Origin: Daphnia carinata
Taxonomy: Eukaryota
Direction: 5' to 3'
DNA: 64,000 nt
NCBI RefSeq assembly: GCF_022539665.2
Contig: NC_081333.1
Coordinates: 11,222,001-11,286,000 of the forward strand
Shown here: piece by piece, positions 49,377 to 59,754 of the stretch
How positions within the stretch are numbered: the stretch's first letter is position 1
Layout of the letters: each line of letters begins with the position of its first letter
Position numbers and translations under genes: made by a program
Notes under the pieces: generated by a model
Database searches by the model: none
The model's input: only the letters and a program-made list of their open reading frames with translations
What the model was told of the DNA's origin: nothing

Positions 49377-49390
49377 GTCGCCATGGCAAC
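49377..49390. promoter_or_regulatory. RFX X-box motif
   Basis: GTCGCCATGGCAAC is one mismatch from the palindrome GTTGCCATGGCAAC. Confidence 0.55.
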
Positions 49391-51559
49391 CAAGTGGGAT
49401 TATAAAAAAAACGCAGATTGTGTCGATTATCTTCTCCTGAGTTAATCGATGAGTACAGGTAGAGTTGTTAACAGAATCCAAGTGGGATCTAGTCCTCCCC
49501 GTTGTGAATGATGAATCGAAAGAGATACTACATCAGGTCTTTTCCGGTCCAGCACAACTCTATTGTTGGTACATAAGTGTTTTTTTTTTTTTTTATTTAC
49601 GTGGTAGTATTCTCTTCGACAATGATGTCGCTCGTATAACAGACAGGAGTCCTCGAGAGTCGCATAAAAAGTCGAGAGAGCGAGAAATCCGTGTGATAAC
49701 ATCATCAAATATCAGTTTGTCTACACACATAGAGAGAGAGACATAGTAGTTTGTAGCCATTGAAACTGTCACGAAAGTCCGCAATAACTAAATAACCTTA
49801 TGGATCACCTACGCAAGTCTGCTTTGGCCACTGTACAACATGAAGTAGCGCAGCCATCGCGGCCCTTATTTTAATGCAATCGGGATCTATTTGATTTCCA
49901 GCAAAAGTGTCCCTCTAGAGCCGCGGAAAAGCGTAAATATATATTTACACGAAAGCCAGCAGCCGAGTTATCATAATGGCGAGTTAGGGAAAGGCTAGTT
50001 TATGTAGGGCACACAGCAGTTGGCCACTCAAAACTTTACAAGCACAACTGGGTGTGTCTGTGTGTATATATACATGGTGACTGTGTCGAGAGAGAGAGCA
50101 TTGGAAAAATAAACAAGCCCTGAACATTCACCAACGTAAAAGGTAATGGAGAGAAAAATGGCGGAAGGTAGACACGCGACGCCAGAGACGGGATTACAAT
50201 CTTCCTTTTCTTATAAAGGCGCCGCGTCCCCGCGTATTGACGTTTAGACGTAGGTAGTGTAGGAATACGAGGATCTGCTTCGTGCAAGAAACAGCTCGGC
50301 AGTGCGACAGTTCGTACCGCGTTCCAGGAAAACGGGGAAGCGCAAAACAATTGATGAAAAACATCGGTTCTAATAGTCGTTCAGTTTATCTTGGCCTTCG
50401 TGAGATCGTTCTAGTGTAGACGAAACATCGGACGTTTCTAACCAACGTTGTTTTTATTATTTACCGAGTAAAAAAAAAAAATGGACCGCTAGAAAGAAAA
50501 AGGAAATAACGTTTCATTTCATCTTCGCCAACCGGATGTAGCGTCTTATTGAATCAAAAAAAAGAATTTCCCGTTTTGTTCTTTTTGTTTCCTTGACTAC
50601 CGCATCTTTCACGACTGTTTGATCCCGCCACCATTTTCCTATTTCCGACGTATTTTTTTTTTTCTTTTCGTTGGAATACATATTAAAAGAATAAATATTG
50701 TAGAAGAAGAAAAAGTCCTTTACCTGGCGTTGCGACATCGACGAGAGAATTCTTTTATTTGAAGACGATGCACTTCAAGATGATGTTAGCGGGTTGGCTT
50801 GTTCTTTTTTCCCTTTTCACTGCTTGTATATGTGTATAGGAGGCGATTTAGAATGCCTGGCATTTGAGAGGCGTCTCAGGCAAAGTTAAAAAAAAAGGAC
50901 AAGTGACAGGTCCTTGAGTAACTGGAATTCCTATAGAATAAGATCCATTCTTCTCGTGTTTGACGGAACTTTTGGAGGAATTCTTTATGCACTTTCTCCG
51001 ATATGCCAATCTGCTTTGAATGGCAAAGTTCCGCGAACCGTTCACGCCAGTTAATAATCCGCCAATTGAATGGTTGCATTCAAAAACTATCGACATTGAA
51101 CCAATAACATTTTCATTTTGATTCGCAAAGGTTGTTCTTTAATTATTAATGATACAATGTGTCTTCCCTGAAGTGGCTACTCGTCATGTGAAACGTGACG
51201 CGATGCCATCCGTCCTGTCCAACGAAACACACAGGTACACTCACGCACGAAACGGGAATAAAGGGGGGGAGGTGAACGAAGCAACACCCGTAACAAATTT
51301 CGAGAGAGTAATGTGAGAGAGATCAAATAGCGCGCATATAATCAAAAGAGCGTGTTGACGTAGCAATGGCCAAGAGTGGACTGGTGGTGTCTGGGATCAA
51401 CCCGATCCCGTTTGCCCGCATTCGCCGTCAACATACACACAAATCAAAACGGTGCAATTGTGTTTTTGTTACTTTCCGTGCGAGTGACTGTGAACACCAT
51501 CTAGCGAGCTGGACTGCCTTTTTGTAATTCTCTTAACTAATCCGCTATTTTTTTTTTTT

Positions 51560-51560
<1 letters not shown>

Positions 51561-51595
<35 letters not shown>
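51561..51595. repeat. (AG)17 microsatellite / GAGA element preceded by T13
   Basis: Read directly from the sequence. Confidence 0.92.
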
Positions 51596-51599
<4 letters not shown>

Positions 51600-53623
51600 A
51601 AAAAAAAAGGGGAAGGAATGAAAAGGGAGTGTCATTGATGAGGGCGAGTCGGACGTGCGGGATATCCTTCGGGACTAATTTCCACCTGAGCCAACACCCT
51701 TCGTTAGGAAGTCTCTTTCATCGCTTAATTTAAAGCAGCAAATAAATATTCAGCCGCGTCCCATTTGCTTCTCAGCAGTTCTCACTAATGTTGACTGATA
51801 TGAAAACACGCGAAAGGGAAAAAAACAAACAAAAAACAGGGGGAGGGTGCAGACATTGAGAACAATCCAATTACCGCACAGCAGTCGTCAGAAGTATAAT
51901 GTGGACCCTACTCGTTTTTCGCTTCTTCGGGAGAAGTGCGTCTTATCATAAAGTAGGAGGACGGAGGTCTCCTATGTAAGTACAGATCATCATAAACATA
52001 TGCGGGGAGCTATTTGTAGTCGAGCAGCACTCGTAACCGCTATTACTCTATACTTGCTACAAAGAACCCATACATGATACTATTTAATAGCATAAAAAGA
52101 AACGAAAAAAAAAAAAGAAAGAGCCGGAAGAAAGATAAAGGGAAATTGTTCTCTTTCGTGGCAGGAAGAGGGGAACAAAAAAAAAAAAAAAGAACGAACT
52201 TGTCTCCAGAAAGTCAAGAAAAAAAAAAGAGATAGGAATTGTTTGTGGAATTTTAAGTGCGTGTCGATCTGCGTGATGCGAATCCCGCAAAAGAATCGTG
52301 AATAATAGTTTTCACGTCCCCTGTACAATACGATCCGTGTGGCCTTTTGACTAAATCAAGGCCGAAGAGGGGAAGTATCACTTGTACATCCAACCGATAA
52401 TCGAACGTTGTTCAATCAAGTATAAAGAATTAAAGATGATGTTGGGATGATTCTAGCGATCATCGAATCGAAATCCATCGGTATTGTGTCGCCGAAAGCC
52501 TTGATTGCTGGGAGTGGTCGTACATTTTTAAGCAAACCGATGACTGTCCCAATTGTAATGCGTTTTTAACGGTCGCATAGACATGCAGGATCGATGACAA
52601 AATCTTGTGTTTACTCCCAGTGTCTAGTTCTCGGGATAAGTCACACGAAAAAAAAAAGGAAAGCTTTTGGCGAAATCGATCCTTACTCTACGGGGATAAA
52701 GAAAAAGAAAGAACATAAAGGAAACGAAGCTCGAAACCGTGTTTTCACTTTCACGGTCCTTCGCTTTTCTCCGTAACGGGGAATAAGCGTCGACTGTGTG
52801 CGTGGATGCTCGCCATTATTATCCCGAGTCTCCCTGTCGCCGCGGTTTCAAAGACACACCCGAAAATCGTTCACTTTCAAATGGATGTCGAGAACAAAAT
52901 AAGGAAGGAACATTATATAGTCCACCTACGACAGCGATTATTGTCTTTACAAAAAATGTAATGCGTATTCCAGTTTTGTTCCTCGTTTCCATCCTTATTT
53001 TGTTCCCGCACGGATGCGTTGCAAAATTCACAATAGACTACCAGTAGGTTTCTTCTGGGAAAAATTCAAATAGCAGCAATAAGTTAAAAGCGCTACCGGC
53101 CAAGCCCTTTAATTAGGTACACAAGTCGGAAGGCAAATAATAAAAATAACATGGCGGAGGGAGAAAAACAAAAATTCACCAAGTCTTTTTGCTTTTGCTT
53201 TTTTTTTGAGGAGGGTAACCTTATGCCAGGAAGTAGGATCGATGTCGATGCGCACCGTGACGTCAACAGATCCGCCTCGCGGGAATTTCGGGTCGCATTC
53301 CATTTCCTTCTCTTATTTTCTTTTTCGTTCATCTCCCTCTTCCTTTTTGGTCTTTCTTCTTTTGACCGGCTGTTTGCTCGGACCGGCAGCATCGAATAAT
53401 GTGGACAGACAATGTCAACGCCAATCTGCACAGTCCATGTCTGCATGTCGTCGTCAACTTGTTTCCTTTTCGTCCCGTTTTTTTTTTTCTTTTACGTCTT
53501 TGTTCTTGCTCGTATTCATTCCATTTTCTCTCGTTTCTTTTTGAAATATATGTATATCTCCATTTCTGGTATTTCCAATGCAGAATTTATTGATCGGAAG
53601 AAGAAGAAGATTCAGGCTGTGTC

Positions 53624-56600
53624 ATGTTCTTCTTTTTGATTTTGACCGGCGTGATTTGCTTTCTGCTGGGCATGGCCGTGACATTGGCTATCGGCCAGCG
53701 TAACATCCTCTACTGGCTCATGCCGTTGGACGAGGACAAGTTGCTGCCCACGGTGGACCCAGCCAACAACACCCCACTGGTTGAGACAGACCAACCGATT
53801 TCCATCGGACTGCCCGAGGTGAGTACGCGTGGCTGTTTGTATAGGATTAGAGAGTCGCGATATTCAATGCCTTTTGTGACACGTCACTCAAGTCCGCTGT
53901 CATTGTCGTTCACGTTGATCTGTGTGTGCTATTAATGATGCATTCGCAGGAGTTGACGGAACAGCTGACTGAAGAGAAAACAATCCCAACTTCAGAAGTG
54001 ACCGATAAAGAAGTCGAGCAACGGGATGACACTTTGCTGGCCATCAATCTATTAATGCAATTCTTCTTTCGCGAAGCGCAAAACAACGGGATCGTGCGTC
54101 GCTTCCTTATCCATCGGATCAATAAAGAGATGAACGAAGGAGTGGAGAAAGGAGGGCCGACTGTCAACAAAATTATCAAAGGATTAAAGGTGTGAATCAT
54201 CATTAACGTGACATTCTCGAAATCTGTTGCACTGTTTCCCCTTTGGCAGATTTACGACATTGAAATGGGAACGAAAGCGCCTTCCATCCGCGGTATCGAC
54301 GTCAACAGCCTCGTGCTGGACGAGGACCAAAAATTGATCGAATCCGTCGACGTGGGCATCGATCTTGAATATAGTGGCGGTTTCGCTATTGGCATCGATG
54401 TCGCATTGGCCTACGGAAAGACGGCCTTCATGTCCGCAAAAGGTAGGTCATTTTCTTTCTCATCGACTATCTGGATGTTTTCACGATAATACCTCGTTTC
54501 GTCCTCAGTGTCTCGATTGGAAGGGAATTTGCGTATAAAGTTTGCCCGGCTGCCTTATTCCCATTGGACTGTAGCTTTCTGTCCGCCACCTACACTTGAA
54601 GTAGCAATCAGTTCGCGGATTCAAGGCCAGTCTTATGGAGTTGTCACTGATTTATTAGCTACTTTGGTACGCTCACAACAGTTCCCGATTGAAAAGATAA
54701 TAGAATTTTTCATTCGATCTTTCCGGCCTGTGCATAGATCGAAAGTTGGATTCAGAAACAACATTCGCTTCCCAATTCCAAAATGCTCACTCATCCCCTC
54801 TTCCCGGATCCGGATCATGCCATCATGAGACCGGTTCCAGCGCCGACGTCGAGGCCCATTAGAAAAGGAAGACTTCAAGTGACCGTCATGGATGTCACGC
54901 GTCTTGATCCTTCTCTCATTCAAGCTGAAGGCCTCTTCTGCATCTTAGCCTTAGGTTGGAACGCTACAAACTGTCACTGGAACGAAAATTTCTTTGCCGC
55001 GATCCGTTAAACGTTTTCTCGTAATTTTGCTCGCCTAACAGACAGCTGTCCGTGGATTGATTTCGCCCCATCAGAGACAGTGGGTCACGTTCTGCTCGAT
55101 ATCCGCATGATACGCAAGAGAGACAGACCATTGGGATTCGTCTTTCACGGTCTGCCCGCAGGGACGGTAATGGATTTGGCCTAAATAGCACATCGGCTAT
55201 TTCTGCGAAACAAAACAAGTTTTCTTTTGGCCTCACAGATTGTGTTTGTTTTCTATTCTGCTTTTTCTCGTCTCATTTAGTCCGATTTTTCGGCCATCGA
55301 CGAGATTGTTCTAGATCTGGTGCGGAGCCCAACTGGAATCGTGGTGGTAAATACTGAACCAGGATCCGCAGCCGACGAGGCTGGATTCAGAGCCGGAGAT
55401 GTTATCCTAGAAGTAAACGGCTTACCCGTCAGCTCAGTTAGACAAGTCTTGCGTGCTATTACTAACGCAGAAGCCAAATATGTCATCATTCGCATCGATC
55501 GATTTATTCCGGCCATCAAGACGAAGGTTAGCTTATCATTAGTTAGTTGACGGCTGTTGACCGAGCCATTCAAGTGAATAAAATATTATCAACAGGTCGA
55601 TGCGTTTGAAGCCCAAAAGCCAATGATAGCCGGTAAGAACAACGACATGTTGCAAATATTTTATGCTTTAAACTCTGGAAGTTTGATTGATGCCCAATTA
55701 TTTTTTTTGGAAGGATTCAAACAGGGAGCTTTGTATCCACTTCCAGATGATTTGGTTGGAATTCACCGAGAGACCATTGGCAGGATGGTTGGATTAGAAA
55801 TGAAACGAACAGAAACTTACCCAATGAGCAAAGTGAGACAACCAATCAGATTACTCGAGGCAAGCGTAGCTAATCATTATGTTTTCAACTCATATTTTTT
55901 TAGGTAGTCCATTTAGGCGATACGTTGGAATTCGGCGTATTACCCGGCCAGAGATTTCTCAACTTGTCCGTCTGGTTGACTGGCGTCCAAGGCGATGAAT
56001 GCAACGTAACCAGCAGCGGAGCGGCCAGTGTGAGTATTGAACCGCCCAAAAAATTCAGTTTCAGCAAACTATTTGAGCTGAAAAAAGACCTCCCGCCAAC
56101 ATCGGATGAAACGGCCGTTAAAGAGCCACCGAAAGAGGTCCGAATCGGATATATCAACGTCAGCTTGGCTGAGATTATAGCCGATTGTCACCTCAACACC
56201 CAGGGCCATCACGTCTCGACTTATCAGCTGTACCCAGCAGATCTTCAAGCATCTCTCGGGTAACAAATGGAGCGTTTCCGTGTAATGGATTTACAAAATT
56301 GATTGTGTCGCAATTTTTGCCCTTATAGTCGGAAACATCCATTAAAGGACCAGCCGGGATTCGATCCTCGGCTATGCTACGGAGATATCGTACTTTCGTT
56401 CATCTACCAGCCGGACGAGGTTCAAGAAACTGAAGAAACGCCTCTGCCGGAAGAAACATTAGCCGAACGAGCGGAACCTAGCGAACGGGAACGTTCACAA
56501 GTAGATGTCGTGATTTATGAGCTCAAACGACCGCACGATTGGACACTGAAACGTTTCGGTCAACTCGAGAACTGCGACATTTGTCAGTCGAAGGTTAGTG

Positions 56601-57440
56601 GCTGATAATTTTTCTTCTTTTTTTTTCGGACAGATATTGTTAAACGGATTCTATTTTTTATTGCATGATGTAGATATGGCTTGGCGAGGGCCTTTATTGT
56701 CCCAGGTGTGGATTAATCATTCACAAGAAATGTTTCAAACGCATACTTGTCGAGAACAGGAAATGGTGCAGCGTCAACCAATCCATCGCCAAGATTGACG
56801 ATTACTACATTTCTAATGTTCCAATTCCGGCTGACAATATTAAGGTATTAAAAACAATCAATCAAGTGCAAACAGTTAAAACCCCGCCTCAACAGCGGGG
56901 AGTACATAGGCTGTGTATAACTATTGTCGTGTACTTATTTGTCTAATCTAGTCGGATTTAGAAGGAAACCCGTTTCAAGTGGATGAAGAAAATGAAGAAG
57001 CGAGTGAACTTGAAACGGTGGTGGAAAGATTGCAGGTACGGGACCACAACGAATCCCTGATAAGATTGGCCAAGGAATCCGGACGAAAACTATGGAATCA
57101 TTTAGATGTAGAGAAACGTCGCAATAAAATATCTTCCATGGTACTATAAGGCAAAGTTATATATGCTAATGGCATGTAAGATAAAACCCTCTTGACTTTC
57201 TTTCAGCTAAACAAAATAGAAGACGCTGTTAGGGCTGAAACAATCCGCCGGTACGAGCTGGCAGCCGAGTGGGAGAAATCAGCTTCATATTTGTCGGGGG
57301 ATAGTGACGTTGGTAATAGGAAATGGGTCGAAGTGGAACTGGCATCGTCAGAGAAGAAACGTCAAGCGTTGGTCCTCCTCGAACTCTATTTCGGCGTTGC
57401 TTGGCAAGATGTAGAAGAACATTTAGATCAAAGTGAATGA
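53624..57440 (+). CDS. PDZD8: PDZ domain-containing protein 8 (ER membrane-contact-site SMP lipid-transfer protein), multi-exon
   Basis: N-terminal TM (MFFFLILTGVICFLLGMAVTLAIGQ); SMP domain (AINLLMQFFFRE, IDLEYSGGF, RLEGNLRIKFARLPYSHWTVAF); PDZ (RKRDRPLGFVF...GSAADEAGFRAGDVILEVNG); C2 (FLNLSVW, IGYINVSLAEI, GFDPRLCYGDIVLSFIY); C1 (HDW..CDICQSKIW..YCPRC..IHKKC); C-terminal coiled coil. This domain order is characteristic of PDZD8. First exons 53624-53818, 53950-54189, 54250 onward. Confidence 0.93.
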
Positions 57441-57636
57441 TTGTTTAGACTAAAAATATGGAGTTATCGTGTTTTTAATAACATAAACGTTTTAGATAAG
57501 TAATGTCAGAGTGACACTACATTGCTACATTTAAATAAACGAGATATTTTATGCTCTTTCCCTAATTAATTATGTCGGTCGACATGAAACAGTTCCAGGA
57601 ACAGTTGGACGAAAAGCAAATCAGTTACTTGGAAGC

Positions 57637-57654
57637 GGGGGGGGGGGGGGGGGG
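57637..57654. repeat. G18 homopolymer
   Basis: Read directly from the sequence. Confidence 0.9.
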
Positions 57655-59754
57655 TAACTTATAGCGAAAAAGTGGAAAAAAAGGTTAAAAAAAATGGGAA
57701 AGGTAAAGGTCAAACAACGTGGAAAACAGAAAGCCTTTTTAAACGCACAGGTAGGGTACGAAAAGGGAAAAAGGTGAGATGGGGTTGGGATTTTGCCGGC
57801 AGTTATGTCCTATACCGTTGTCTACCGTTGTAGCCATTACTAAGCCTTCAGTTGACATTCGTCCGTTAAGGTGGGTCGTTACCAACATCTTGTTGTACCT
57901 CTGTAAAAAGTTTCGTTCAATTGTTAGAAATGTTGCGATTAAAACCGAGGCTTTTCTCTCAATCAGATGTAACCCTGTGTGTGCGTAGCCGCGATTTAAA
58001 GCGTTTTCCAGATTTAAAGTTCAATTTCACAAGAAAAGGCTTAAAAAGAAGATGTAATTTCTTTCTGTAGTAGCCATTTCACATGGCTAGGTCACAGTTC
58101 GGCTTACTCGGCCCTGTATGGCTGTTATCACATTTTACGTGCAATGTAAGTCACCGCCGATTTATGTAGTTTTCAGTTGGAGTTGTAGTAAAAACTTCTA
58201 GCGATTTGTTAACTTGCGGCGTTTTTAAAATTTGTTTTTGACCTAACGTGAGACGTTGGCCCATTTTATTTGAACTTGCAGTTCTCATATTGCTCATCTT
58301 CTAGCTTGCTTCGTGCCACATATAGGTTACTCATGCTGCTTAAGAATGATAACGAGTGTTTCTTTTAATTTCGTTTACGTCAGAACTCGACGAGTTGTTT
58401 TACTGTTGGCTGATTCGCATCTCAAAAGAAAACGTAGCTCTTTTACGAACTTTGACCGCGAGAAGAGCAAATGAAGAGACACACGTTCACCGCTGGTAGA
58501 AACCACCGATGACAGTCGTGTAGAGCTCAAGATCCAGCTTGGAATCCAAAGACGCGGAAGCTTACATCTTACCAACTGGGCATGTGGTTAGTAAATTTCT
58601 TTTTGATTGCTGCAACAACAATGACATGTTTTGATTCCAGATTTATACATGGCGCTAGTCAGTGACAAAATTGGTCACCGAAAGGAGCTCGTGTGTTGAA
58701 GATGGAAATGCTCCTGCTTTCAGGTAAATAGAGCACAAGATTGACGATCTACAGCTCAGGGAATGGTACACCCTGGCAGCTGCGGTAATATTCTGTTTTT
58801 CGTAGCTTTGAAATTGAATTCGTCAGTTGTAATGACCACTGGCCGGAAGATCTAGTAATTCTATCCGAGATGACCTTGTGATTCCGCACAAAGCCAACAA
58901 TATTGTGCGGTTTCTTGATTTTTGTGTAAAATAAGAGAAAACCACGTTAGTTGAGAACAGAAGTCTGTTGCGGAAGCAAAGGTCTAAATCGAAATATGGC
59001 GAACAGTTTCTTCGCACTTTTTCGATAATCGGGCCGTCCTGGCCCGTAAATTATCGGTTGAGTAAGACAAGTTGAGTCATTCAGGCCATGGCTGATATCA
59101 ATGGAGTTTGCGGCTCAGAGACCACCATTTTCCTCTTCCCCGTGTGTCCTTCGTTGCATCTCATTAAAGCAGTTGCAATTTTCACGCTGCTGGGCTATTC
59201 AAGGACGATGTAGACGAACCAAGTTCTGATGTGTAACCTCCGGTGGTTCGTAACGAAACGTGTTTCAATTTGGCAAAGTCTGATGACCACAACGCATGTT
59301 TTGTGTACACACATAAAAAAACCACTAAATATTAACTGTTTTAGATGTCATTTGTGTCACATTGAACTTGAAAATTGAAATATCTGGTCTAGGTGTGGAG
59401 GTTGCATCATGACTCAGCCGAATTTTAGTGAACGAAAATTGGAAACAAAACGTTTCCGTTGTTCATTTTCCTTTTTTTTTATCCTTTTAGCAGAATGACG
59501 CAACGTGTAGGAAAAACCTCGGCGTTCTCGTTCAACTAGTTAAAAACAATTGAGGTGCGAAACATTTGTGCAAATAAACAGAGAGGCATTGGATATATAA
59601 AGCCACAGAAACTCTTGTCCAGGCTGCATTTGAATACGTGACCAGTGTTCATGCCAGACGTGTATTTTTCGATCACGTTTGAAGCGAAACATTACACGCA
59701 TCGCTTCCTTTTTTCGAAACACATTTTATTTGTTTGCAGACGCATGATTGAAAA

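Noticed and set aside
10200..53100. Known conserved arthropod miRNA hairpins, snRNA or rRNA genes
   Set aside because: None of the mature sequences I remember were spotted; a by-eye scan is not exhaustive, so an Rfam/miRBase search is still needed.
25098..53593. Numerous short ORFs across the large non-coding tract
   Set aside because: Same poly-F/poly-K artefacts; no transposase, reverse transcriptase or other domain recognised.
21740..57440. Functional pairing of the Kekkon PDZ-binding tail (GTEV) with neighbouring PDZD8
   Set aside because: Adjacency in a metazoan genome does not imply interaction, and nothing in the sequence supports it.
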